From Promethearchaeota archaeon (lineage in GTDB: Archaea > Asgardarchaeota > Lokiarchaeia > Sigyniarchaeales > SOKP01): a DNA stretch of 40,280 nucleotides. The stretch is taken from contig JBHLNZ010000027.1 of NCBI GenBank assembly GCA_048941015.1, positions 3,334-43,613 on the forward strand. The letters run 5' to 3'. Shown here in pieces: positions 28,908 to 38,412 of the stretch (position 1 is its first letter; each line of letters starts with the position of its first letter). The position numbers and the translations under genes are program-made. Under the pieces are notes generated by a model. It was given only the letters and a program-made list of their open reading frames with translations, ran no database searches and was not told where the DNA came from.

Positions 28908-29552
28908 ATGGATATCGCAAAATTTAACAAAGAGTTAAGTTATAGAGTTGCGAAAGCTAACGGCTTCGAAAAAAATAATAAGATTCCAGAAGCAATCTCA
29001 GAATGGGTTGCAATCTCTGAAATGGTGTTAGCAGCAACTAAAGATCCTAAATTAGAATTTTCATTTAGATCTATGCTCATAGAGAGAACTAAAGGAATTA
29101 TCAATCATATAAAAAATTTAAAGTTAAAAATTGAAGTACCTAAAATTCAAGAAATATCAGAAAGAGAAGACTATCTTGAAGAGGAAGATTTGCTAGAATC
29201 CAAGGAAACACCAATAGATAAAAGTGTTCTAGTCGAAGAAAAATCACTGAATAAACAAGAAATTAAAGCTATTGATAAAAGCGAATTCAAAAATTTACCA
29301 AAAGGTTTCAAAGAAATAAAACCTTCAGATGAGTTTGAAATTATCACACCTCATGATAAAGATTATGTTAAGAAATTGATAAGCAAAGATGTAGATATGA
29401 GCATCTTTAAGCATGAAGATCAAAATATTAATCCAAAACTCGAATTAAACCAACCTTCAAATGGTAAGACGATATTCTGTTTTGCATGTGGTGAAGAATT
29501 ACCTATTTTAACAAAAATATGTCCTAAATGCGGTACCACTCTAAAAATGTAA
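28908..29552 (+). CDS. MIT-like N-terminal helical domain, acidic linker and C-terminal zinc ribbon
   Basis: 'VAKANGFEKNNKIPEAISEW...IERTKGIINHIKNLK' three-helix pattern; CFACG...CPKCG. Confidence 0.65.
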   Translation: MDIAKFNKELSYRVAKANGFEKNNKIPEAISEWVAISEMVLAATKDPKLEFSFRSMLIERTKGIINHIKNLKLKIEVPKIQEISEREDYLEEEDLLESKETPIDKSVLVEEKSLNKQEIKAIDKSEFKNLPKGFKEIKPSDEFEIITPHDKDYVKKLISKDVDMSIFKHEDQNINPKLELNQPSNGKTIFCFACGEELPILTKICPKCGTTLKM

Positions 29553-29570
29553 AGATTATTCTTTTTTTAA

Positions 29571-30254
29571 TTAAAAATTATAAAATTTCCCAGCATCTTC
29601 CAACTTAAAAATACCAAATCGCTCAGATCTTTTTCTCTTTAATGTTTGCCAACCTAATCTTGTATCTTTAAGAGCTAATTGAGTTTTATAACATTTCATT
29701 ATTTCATATACTCTTTCTCTATATTCAGCCATTTTAATTTTGATTTGTTTTTCAATCGGAGCCTTCATGACGTTATATATTGCATAGACATAAAATTCAA
29801 TGTTATTTAGCTTAAGTTCTTTCGCTGCTGTTTTAGCAATTAGATGTGTTGCTTGATGATCAGAATGATTATTATTATCACTTGGAAGAACTATTCTATC
29901 TGCATCCTTAATTAATAATTTTGCTAATTTTATACCAGTGTCAATCTGATTCATCGCATCTTGATCATGAAATTTAAAAAGATGGATATTATTTTTAGGA
30001 AATCCAAATGATTTAGCTGCCTCCTCCGCTTCTTTGAGACCAATTATTCCGATTTCTTCTTCAGACAGACTTAAAAATTCTTTAGCTTCTTCTTCAATAA
30101 GTTGGTTATGCTCCCTCCCCCACGTAATTAAAACTCGGTTGTCTGTGACATAAGTTATATGGAGTTCATGACCTTCTTCCATCCATCTTAATATACTCCC
30201 ACCACATCCATAAATTTCATCGTCGGGGTGAGGAGCAAATATTATAATCTTCAT
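29571..30254 (-). CDS. PIG-L/LmbE family deacetylase
   Basis: 'APHPDDE..GCGG', 'HSDH', 'YKTQ'. Confidence 0.92.
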   Translation of the reverse strand: MKIIIFAPHPDDEIYGCGGSILRWMEEGHELHITYVTDNRVLITWGREHNQLIEEEAKEFLSLSEEEIGIIGLKEAEEAAKSFGFPKNNIHLFKFHDQDAMNQIDTGIKLAKLLIKDADRIVLPSDNNNHSDHQATHLIAKTAAKELKLNNIEFYVYAIYNVMKAPIEKQIKIKMAEYRERVYEIMKCYKTQLALKDTRLGWQTLKRKRSERFGIFKLEDAGKFYNF

Positions 30255-30301
30255 AAGTAATTTATTTTTATTAAATAAGTTATTTAATTATTTACTTTTT
30301 A

Positions 30302-30994
30302 TTATATTTGGATTAATATATCAAAATAAGAATCCTTTTTCTCTTCAGCGACATAGATTTCTTTTACTGTACATAAAACATCAGTTTTTAATTCACGGCT
30401 AAGAATACCCTCAGTTATTCCACACATTATATATATATGGTAAATATGGTCTTCTGAATCTTCTAAGAATACAGAATTTTGAAATCTAAAAGTAGCATTT
30501 TTACCCTTAGGATCAATATTAATTATTGAAATCTCAATATTCGGTTGAAAAATATCATAAGCAGGATAAAAACTTTTAAAACTTTCAATATGTATCCGTG
30601 AGATGGGGTGATCTTTTAAAGCTTTCATTTGTTTGTAAATGGCGGGATCAAAAGTAAATTTTATATCCTTTACTGCTTCTTTCCCAACCTGTTTTGCTAT
30701 CTCTTCTCGATTAGGAAGATACTTTTTAAATTTAGATATTAGTGCTTTATAATAAGAAATTGCTAGGTCAAAAGGAATATACCGTTTTTTAGTAGCAAAA
30801 AATAAAGTGTATACTCCAATTTTCTTTGGAAACACTTCTTTTTTAAGTTCTAACAGAGATACATATTTTGAAATGGTGTTTCTTGAAAAGCCTGTAACTT
30901 TAGCGATGTCTGTGACAGTTATACCTCCAGGATGGCTTCTAATACATTCTAAAATCTCATTTTCATAATCTTTTTTTTGTTCATTTTTTGGCAT
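30302..30994 (-). CDS. Winged-HTH regulator with C-terminal V4R-like domain
   Basis: 'GITVTDIAKVTGFSRNTISKYVSLL'; 'AKQVGKE...CGITEGIL'. Confidence 0.8.
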   Translation of the reverse strand: MPKNEQKKDYENEILECIRSHPGGITVTDIAKVTGFSRNTISKYVSLLELKKEVFPKKIGVYTLFFATKKRYIPFDLAISYYKALISKFKKYLPNREEIAKQVGKEAVKDIKFTFDPAIYKQMKALKDHPISRIHIESFKSFYPAYDIFQPNIEISIINIDPKGKNATFRFQNSVFLEDSEDHIYHIYIMCGITEGILSRELKTDVLCTVKEIYVAEEKKDSYFDILIQI

Positions 30995-31082
30995 AACCGA
31001 TACCTAGAGGTGATCTATTAAAAATGGTCTATTACCTTTCAAAAGAAATATTTATATATTAATTTATCAAATATAAAAATAT

Positions 31083-31114
31083 ATTGATCAGCAGTGATGC
31101 GCTGCATTGATCAA
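31083..31114. promoter_or_regulatory. Candidate operator between the divergent regulator and membrane protein
   Basis: TTGATCA-GCAG-tgatgcg-CTGC-at-TGATCAA, a GC-rich dyad in an AT-rich intergenic region. Confidence 0.45.
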
Positions 31115-31137
31115 AAAAAAATTAAATTGTATCTTTA

Positions 31138-32778
31138 ATGTCTAGAAGGGTTTTAATCGCGTCTATCTGTATGATAGCATTAGGCTCTGGTTTGATCCCT
31201 AGTGGAATGTTAATCAATAACTCAATTAATAATATAGTTGCGAATTCTGTTGATGAGGGTTTATTAGGAATTCAGGAAGAAGCTATACCATTGGTGGAAG
31301 ATATGATTGCTGAACTAGGTATTCCAAGAGCTTTAAGGGATATTAGAGAAGTCGGATTGGAAGAGACAGAGGCTATTGTTAATGCAACATTTTTCATGTT
31401 CTTAATTAATATGACTCTACACGAACCCCCCGTATTAGGAGTTGTGCCCTTGGAATTACTATTCGATAGATGGATACAATGGATTTTGATTATTCCTGTT
31501 ACATATAGTTCTGCGCTTCAGAATATGGGTTATCCACCTATTAAAGGGATCTCAGAGTATCATCAGCAAAATCTTTGGTATGGGAATGCCAAGTATGTTT
31601 TAATTGAAGGGAATGGTACTTTGCCGGGTTTAGTAGGGAATAATACACTAGGATTAGGAGTTTTGGAATATTTAGAATTATATGATCAAGCAAATGGAAA
31701 TACAACTTTAGAGCAAGAACTAGCATGGGGATATAATACTACTTGGAATAAATTAACCAAGTTAACGGATTATTATAGAAATTATTTTGTTCCCGTGGCA
31801 ATTCCAATGTTAGTATCTAGTTTAGATACAATTATGCCCGAATATTCTGGAATGGATACAAAAGCTATTGCAGAAATGTATTTCTTTAATCAATGGGCAA
31901 ATTGTACTATGTTTGAAGGGGGCATTGACTTCAGCACGATGATTGATGACATCGAAGAACCTCTATATGGTTTTGAAGTTGGCAGAATGACCCCTTCAAA
32001 CATTACACACAATTCCACTGATTTATTATGGGACGACAATAATCCGAAATCACTTACAAATGATACGGGAATTAATGAATGGATAATAGCTAGAGATAAT
32101 ATTACAAAGCAAGAAGAATTAATAAGTGAATTTAATTTAGAGGAATATCAATTAGAAATGCTCTTAGATTGGTTATGGGTTGAATCATTTAAATGGAATT
32201 TGATTCCTGTGCTTATAACACTTCCACCACCATTAGGAGAAGGTATGAGCTTATCTGTATATGCAAGAGTTATATTTTTAGAAGTATGGACGAATGGAAC
32301 TGCTGAAGGTAGAGCATTATATCCATATGGATTTCCACTTACTTTAAAAGCAGGAACGGTGTATGGATTTGAAATAGGTTATCAAGATCAATTCAATCCA
32401 ATTATATCTACCAACATCTCATTATCCTCCGCAGAATCTCTTTGGAATGTATCAAATCCATACTCTTTAGTAAACAAACAAGGACTTCAGGATTGGTATG
32501 ATGCTGTAGAAAACCCAAATTCTGCTGTTGCTTATGGATTAATGAATGCAAACAATTTAGAAAACACTCAAATGGAAATGATTCTCACTTGGTTACCAAA
32601 ATTTAAAGACGAAGTAATGCCTTTTCTGGCACAAGAAGATAGAAATCTCCCAACTGACTCAAAAACTTTGGGTAATACGATTCAGATTTGTACATCCATT
32701 ACAGGAGGGATTTGTATTGGACTTTCGGTTATAGGTTTAATTGGAAATTCTATTAAAAAGAAAAAGCTTAGAAGTTAA
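31138..32778 (+). CDS. Two-TM protein with a large, internally repeated, probably glycosylated ectodomain
   Basis: TM helices at both termini, many NxS/T sequons, repeated QWAN/VWTN...YGFE(V/I)G...LW units. Confidence 0.75.
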   Translation: MSRRVLIASICMIALGSGLIPSGMLINNSINNIVANSVDEGLLGIQEEAIPLVEDMIAELGIPRALRDIREVGLEETEAIVNATFFMFLINMTLHEPPVLGVVPLELLFDRWIQWILIIPVTYSSALQNMGYPPIKGISEYHQQNLWYGNAKYVLIEGNGTLPGLVGNNTLGLGVLEYLELYDQANGNTTLEQELAWGYNTTWNKLTKLTDYYRNYFVPVAIPMLVSSLDTIMPEYSGMDTKAIAEMYFFNQWANCTMFEGGIDFSTMIDDIEEPLYGFEVGRMTPSNITHNSTDLLWDDNNPKSLTNDTGINEWIIARDNITKQEELISEFNLEEYQLEMLLDWLWVESFKWNLIPVLITLPPPLGEGMSLSVYARVIFLEVWTNGTAEGRALYPYGFPLTLKAGTVYGFEIGYQDQFNPIISTNISLSSAESLWNVSNPYSLVNKQGLQDWYDAVENPNSAVAYGLMNANNLENTQMEMILTWLPKFKDEVMPFLAQEDRNLPTDSKTLGNTIQICTSITGGICIGLSVIGLIGNSIKKKKLRS

Positions 32779-32787
32779 TTTATTTAT

Positions 32788-33342
32788 TTAATATTTCTTC
32801 TTTCTATCTTTTTTATACTTCTCATATTTTTCTATAGCTTTTTTTCGCCAAACAGTCTGCCATTTTTTAAAACCAGATTTTACATATTTCTCCCGATTAT
32901 AAAAATCTCTACTAAGCCAATTAAATAAAACAAAATAACGTTTAGCTCCACTTTTCTTCGTTAAATTCTTGGATCTAATTCCTAAATCATATTTTAAATG
33001 TTCAATTAGTTTTCCCTCAACAGCATCTTGGAGATATCCATCGATTATAGCAGGTTCATAATTTATACCTTCTTCGTCAAAATAAGCTCGAACATCATCA
33101 AAAATATTACCCCGACAAATAAGGATTTTTTCTTTATCTTTATTGAATTTAAGTTCTTTTAACGCTTCTTTGACTTTATCTACAGCCACTTTTAGAGGGC
33201 ACTTTTCATTCCAATTATCTTCGTTAAACAATTCTAATGGAAGTGTTTTAAAAATTAATTCTTCCGTTTCTTTTCTCAGAAATCCAATAAATGCATCTCC
33301 TACTAAATCTCCAGTTCCGCTATCGTCGATTTCAATTGTCAT
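32788..33342 (-). CDS. RNase HII-like fold hypothetical protein
   Basis: N-terminal 'IEIDDSGTGDLVGD' resembles the RNase HII 'GIDEAGRG..GP' motif. Confidence 0.6.
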   Translation of the reverse strand: MTIEIDDSGTGDLVGDAFIGFLRKETEELIFKTLPLELFNEDNWNEKCPLKVAVDKVKEALKELKFNKDKEKILICRGNIFDDVRAYFDEEGINYEPAIIDGYLQDAVEGKLIEHLKYDLGIRSKNLTKKSGAKRYFVLFNWLSRDFYNREKYVKSGFKKWQTVWRKKAIEKYEKYKKDRKKKY

Positions 33343-33499
33343 TTTAATATTGAATGTATAATTTTAACAATTAGTAAGTAAAATAATGATAAACCTAATA
33401 TCAAATTTTCTGAAATGAGAAATTCAGAAAGATAAATAGAAATAATAAATTTTATATTAATAAGATAAGTTTGGTAACAGTAATTTTGATGAATAAATT

Positions 33500-34291
33500 A
33501 TGGATGTTGAGTTCTTAATCATCGGGAATGAAGTTCTTATAGGTAAAACAAAAGATACAAATTCAAATTGGATGGCAAAAAGGATTACTAAACAAGGTCA
33601 TAGACTTAGAAGAATCACAACTGTCGGGGATGAATTAGATGAGATTTCTGATGCACTGAAAGATATTCTTTCTCGAAAACCTGATTTGATCATTACTTCT
33701 GGTGGACTTGGCCCTACATTTGATGATATGACCTTAGAAGGAATAGCTAAAGGTTTAGGGAGAAAAATAGAGAGAAATGAACATGCTTATAATATGATAA
33801 AGAAGTCATATGAAAACGCTTATAAGAGAGGAATTTTAAAACTAGAGGGAATGACAAAAGAGAGAGAGAAAATGGCTTACTTGCCTAAAGGATCTACTCC
33901 TCTTAGAAACCTTAGAGGAACAGCTCCAGGTGTTAAACTCATTGAAAAAGATAGTATCATTTTCTGCCTACCAGGTGTCCCTATGGAGATGAAAGGAATG
34001 TTTAATGATAGTGTTATTGAAATTTTAAAAGAAAGAAAGGGAAAATTTATTGAAAAAGGATTTGTTTTTTCAGGTATCGGTGAAAGCCAGATTGCCGCTT
34101 ACACAAGCGAAATTGAAAAGAAATATCCAGAACTTTGGATTAAAACTCATCCGAGATTAGGTGAATTCTTATCAGAGATAGAATTATCGATTACTGCTTT
34201 AAATGTTGAAAATGGGGAAGAATTAATTGAAAAGGCTATAACTGAAATTAGAGAGATTGTATTAAAACTTAAAGGCGAAATTAAAGAGTAG
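33500..34291 (+). CDS. CinA-like molybdopterin-binding-domain protein
   Basis: 'IGNEVLIGKTKDTN', 'VGDE', 'SGGLGPTFDDMT', 'GTAPG', 'LPGVPMEM'. Confidence 0.9.
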   Translation: MDVEFLIIGNEVLIGKTKDTNSNWMAKRITKQGHRLRRITTVGDELDEISDALKDILSRKPDLIITSGGLGPTFDDMTLEGIAKGLGRKIERNEHAYNMIKKSYENAYKRGILKLEGMTKEREKMAYLPKGSTPLRNLRGTAPGVKLIEKDSIIFCLPGVPMEMKGMFNDSVIEILKERKGKFIEKGFVFSGIGESQIAAYTSEIEKKYPELWIKTHPRLGEFLSEIELSITALNVENGEELIEKAITEIREIVLKLKGEIKE

Positions 34292-34297
34292 TATTTT

Positions 34298-34370
34298 TGA
34301 TGCCGTTGGGCAAACGGAAATCTTGATAAGTACTCACAATAATGTGTTTTTACTTATTTCATTGACATCA
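34298..34370 (-). ncRNA. Eukaryote-like SECIS element in the selD 3' UTR
   Basis: Helix I UGAUGUC/GGCAUCA; core AUGA...GA; helix II AUAAGUA/UACUUAU; apical AAAA plus mini-stem CACA-UUAU-UGUG. Confidence 0.85.
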
Positions 34371-35402
34371 CTAAATTTTTGTAATTTCCATGTTTTCAAC
34401 GTTCTCTGAAACCCTAACAAACTCAGGTTTCACATTATCAATAGTTCCAACAATCCAATTAGAAATTCCTTTGCTTAATAATGAATTTGAAAAGTCATCA
34501 ACTTTTAGGGGATCTATAGCAATTAACATGCCACCAGCCGTTTCAGAACATAAACAATCATCAAAGCTGTAACCTAATTCAGCAGATAATTCCTTTGAAA
34601 ATCTTATTGAAGGCGTTTTTTCTATTAATGCTGAAAGTTTAGAATTTTGAAGCATTTCTTTTAAATGTCCAGCTAAACCAAATCCTGTAACGTCACTCAT
34701 AGCGTGAATAAATGAAAAATCTTTATATGAGTGTATAGTATGAACTACGTCTTGATTTGGCGTTGTCATAATTTTTATTGCAAGATTTATAGATTCTCTT
34801 AATTCTTCTTCAGAATAAGCCTGCAACATTTCAGGAAAGTCTCTTAAAGCTCGGTATGCTGCCATTACTCCTTGAAGTCCAATAGGTTTAGTTAAAATTA
34901 ATTTGTCTCCCAACCTAACTCCTTGCTTTCGAATGAGAGATTTTTTCTCTACAAAACCAGAAGCCTCGCCACCGATTAAAGGCCATTCACTGAATATAGT
35001 ATGGCCCCCTACTACTTTTGAATTAATTTTTTTTTCTATGAAATATTTGATTCCCTTTAATATTCGTTCAGCGATTTCCATAGGCATACTAGTATTCATT
35101 GCCAAAAAAACTAGCATTCCTGAGATTTCGGGAACATTCATAGCAAATACGTCATTTGTTACATTACAAGCAGCAATCTGGCCCATTAATTCCGGCTCGT
35201 CTACAATTGGCGTTAAAATATCAATATTTTTCACATGAACTAATTCTGAATTCGGAACGGGAATAATAGCAGCATCTTCAATATCTCCACGTAATCCTGT
35301 ATTAATTAGTAATTCTTCTAATTGATTGGAACCTAACTTACATGATCATCCAAAGATTTTTACTTGCTTTGTTAAACGATATTCTTGCTTTTTTTCGTTC
35401 AT
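34371..35402 (-). CDS. selD: Selenophosphate synthetase, selenoprotein form (343 aa, Sec at codon 19)
   Basis: ATG 35402 with SD TGAGGTGA; MNEKKQEYRLTKQVKIFG-U-SCK...EDAA...NDVFAM...GGHT...LTKPIG...DVTGFGLAGHL...ETAGG; TGA at 35346-35348. Confidence 0.95.
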
Positions 35403-35625
35403 TCACCTCACTTTAGAAATATTATTTATAATTAATTTAATAGAGATTTATATTTAATGTTAAAAAAATTCTTGTTTAAATACGATAAACTGAATATTTG
35501 GTTATTTATTAAATCTTTCGATAATTATCTATCGATTTTTTAGATAGATCAGAAAAAAGCAAATTATATAATTTTTAAGTAGTCAATACTTAATTCTCTT
35601 TATTAATTTTTCGGAGGATCCATTC

Positions 35626-36516
35626 GTGAATGAGACACGGATTCAATGCTTTGTTATTATGCCTTTTTCAAAAAGTAGCGAAAATCATTCAGAAGAATAT
35701 TGGACTGAGCACTATAATAATTTTTTAAAGCCATTAATAGAAGAAGTACCGGGAATTGAAGCTCATAGGGTTGATGCACTACGTGGCGATATTTTACGGC
35801 AAATTATTACCAATCTTGTAGTTTCTCATATTGTTGTTGCTGAACTTACTGATCATAATCCTAATGTATTTTGGGAACTTGGAGTTAGGCAAAGCTTTAA
35901 GCATAACACAATAACAATAGCTGAAGAAGGTGTTCAGCTTCCATTTGATATAAGCAGTAAGGCAACTCTATTTTATAATCTTAATAATGATTCCCGGTTA
36001 GAAGAATTTAAAGAGAGATTTAAAGCAGCAATAAAAGATTGTATTCAAAACCCAAATAGACCAGATAGTTATGTTTTAGAAACAATATCAGGTAGAGGAT
36101 CTTTATTTGAAATAATGCGACTGGACGAAGCCAAAAGACGAATAGAAGCTTTAATTTCAGAATGCAAAACGAATTATAATGTTTGGTTAGATGTAATTGA
36201 AATTTCAGATGATATAGAGGCGTTTTTAAATACTAGATTTGTGTTCCTAACTAGCGCTATCGAATCATTAGTCATTAATCGCTATATCGATGAAGATGTG
36301 AGATTTTATAATAATGCTGAAATGTTCTTTAGATTATTAAAAAATATGACCACTCGAGTAAATAGATTAAGGGATTCGAAGGATTATTTAAGCTGGGATT
36401 TCTTAAGGAAAAGAAAACAGTCTATTGGTAAAATGATTAAAGCTATGATAGATAATTTCGAAAGAATTCATAAAAATCTAACTAAAAAGATGAGTGCATT
36501 CTCAAGTAACTTTTAA
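35626..36516 (+). CDS. Nucleoside 2-deoxyribosyltransferase-like domain protein with helical C-terminus
   Basis: 'CFVIMPFS', 'IVVAELTDHNPNVFWELG', 'LPFDI'; SD GGAGG. Confidence 0.75.
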   Translation: MNETRIQCFVIMPFSKSSENHSEEYWTEHYNNFLKPLIEEVPGIEAHRVDALRGDILRQIITNLVVSHIVVAELTDHNPNVFWELGVRQSFKHNTITIAEEGVQLPFDISSKATLFYNLNNDSRLEEFKERFKAAIKDCIQNPNRPDSYVLETISGRGSLFEIMRLDEAKRRIEALISECKTNYNVWLDVIEISDDIEAFLNTRFVFLTSAIESLVINRYIDEDVRFYNNAEMFFRLLKNMTTRVNRLRDSKDYLSWDFLRKRKQSIGKMIKAMIDNFERIHKNLTKKMSAFSSNF

Positions 36517-38237
36517 TGATAAAGATATAAAAATCGTTCCATATAGTAAAGAAAAATCTGGTTATAATAGCCCGAGAAGTAAAAATCACAAGCGTGACCA
36601 CCTAATAACATCCATATAATCGAACATTCACGATTTCCTTGAGCTAAATAAGTATTTTTTATAGTATTTACAATTCCAAAGTAATTAATTATATCATGAG
36701 TCCCTTGAAAAATTAAGCATGGAGGACTATTACTTTCAATCATCATTTCAGGATTTAAAAATTCCTCTTTTCCACTAATTCCAAAAAAGTTTAAAAGACC
36801 ATTAGCTGGGTAAAAAGGTATGTATCCCCTAATATTCAAGTCTGGACTGAATAAATCAGGGTAAGTCCCACATGTTGCTGCTAAGGACACTGCACATGTG
36901 AGGTGCCCTCCCGCAGATCCCCCACTAAAAAAAACAGAATCTAAATTTGCACCATATTCAACGGAATGATTAGAGAGATATTTTGTAAAAATTCCTATAT
37001 GTCGTACCATATCATCTACATTAAAATCACCTGCTTTATATTTAGGTGTAATTATGCTATCTCGTAAGCCATACTGAATGTCAAATACTACATACCCTTG
37101 TGCTGCGAAATATTTATTCATTTCAAGCATATTGAAGGTTCCTTTATCTCCCATAATCCAACTACCCCCATGAATTCGAATTATTACTGTATTTTGACCA
37201 GGAAGACTCTCTCCCCCTCCCAAAGGCATATAGGCATCGAAATATAAATTTATCCCTTCACCGCTATAGAATAATATGTTTCTTTCGATAAGACATTCCT
37301 TTGTTTGAATTCCTAAGAAATAACTTGGTGTAGTAAAAGGTGTTTTTAGAAAATATTGCTCTACTTCAGTCGGAATATTAGTTTTCCATCCTTCTCCGAA
37401 GGTGGCTGTAAAATTTTTTTCTGCATTATAAATTGTAATATTTGTTAAAGCTAAAGGCATAACCAATAAAAAAGAGACGAGTGTGCCAGTAATTGCATTT
37501 CTAACAAATTTTTTTCGATTTAATTTTGATCCTTTTAACTTTAAAAATAAGAGTGTATTAGCAAAAAAGATTAAAGAGAAAAAAATTCCAAATTGAGCAG
37601 ATATTATCGCAATAAATGTCGTTAGGATTTCGAATGACCCAAAAACAATTACTATACCAAAAAGGATTCCAATAATAAATGTAAATCTGGTTAGAATTGT
37701 TAATATCCTTCTTAAACTCTTTTTAATTCTAAAAGTTCTCAGATTTTGTATGCTTTTAACTTTTTTAGATAGACTCCAAAGAGTCTTATTCTTAATGTTT
37801 TTAATATTTATTACTGAGATCGAAAGTGCAAATACCAGAATTCCAAAAAAGCAGAAGTTAATAATAGTAAAGGCTCCTAAGTTATCAATTAGTCGGTATG
37901 AAAATGAAGATGAAAGAAGTAAGTTTCCAATAATCATACATAAATAAGCCATAATTGTAAAGAGCATATTGATATAACAAATAAAGTTTATTCGATTTCC
38001 TAATTTGGTTGATTTATTAACTCTTACAGAAGTTAAATAAGCTAAAAATAAGTTTTCAAAAAGAGTTATAGACAAAAGAATTCCGAATATATCCCATAAA
38101 TGAGTATAAGTTGGTATTATAAGATATATTATCCCTAAGACGATGCAAAATGAATTTAAGTTAAAACTGAAAATGCTTAGATTCCTTACATTGACACAAT
38201 TCCTAAGTTTACTTAAGATATTCTTTTGTATTATCAA
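36513..38237 (-). CDS. Multi-TM protein fused to an alpha/beta hydrolase (esterase/lipase)
   Basis: About 7 TM helices, then 'IHGGSW', 'GGSAGG', 'FQGTHD', 'GHACD'. Confidence 0.88.
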   Translation of the reverse strand: MIIQKNILSKLRNCVNVRNLSIFSFNLNSFCIVLGIIYLIIPTYTHLWDIFGILLSITLFENLFLAYLTSVRVNKSTKLGNRINFICYINMLFTIMAYLCMIIGNLLLSSSFSYRLIDNLGAFTIINFCFFGILVFALSISVINIKNIKNKTLWSLSKKVKSIQNLRTFRIKKSLRRILTILTRFTFIIGILFGIVIVFGSFEILTTFIAIISAQFGIFFSLIFFANTLLFLKLKGSKLNRKKFVRNAITGTLVSFLLVMPLALTNITIYNAEKNFTATFGEGWKTNIPTEVEQYFLKTPFTTPSYFLGIQTKECLIERNILFYSGEGINLYFDAYMPLGGGESLPGQNTVIIRIHGGSWIMGDKGTFNMLEMNKYFAAQGYVVFDIQYGLRDSIITPKYKAGDFNVDDMVRHIGIFTKYLSNHSVEYGANLDSVFFSGGSAGGHLTCAVSLAATCGTYPDLFSPDLNIRGYIPFYPANGLLNFFGISGKEEFLNPEMMIESNSPPCLIFQGTHDIINYFGIVNTIKNTYLAQGNRECSIIWMLLGGHACDFYFSGYYNQIFLYYMERFLYLYH

Positions 38238-38412
38238 TTTACCGTTTATCTTAATGAGATTGAGATTGTATTATATAAATTCTTACCTAACCCTGCTAAG
38301 AATACTACCCCAGAGTACTTAGCTAAAATCTTTATAAAAGAACTTTTATAAAAATTTTTACTTTCAGTAAATAATTTGATTTTTTATATAAAAATTACAC
38401 AAAATTACTTAA

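Noticed and set aside
35346-35348. selD as a nonsense pseudogene
   Set aside because: The UGA sits exactly at the catalytic Cys/Sec position and a SECIS follows the gene.
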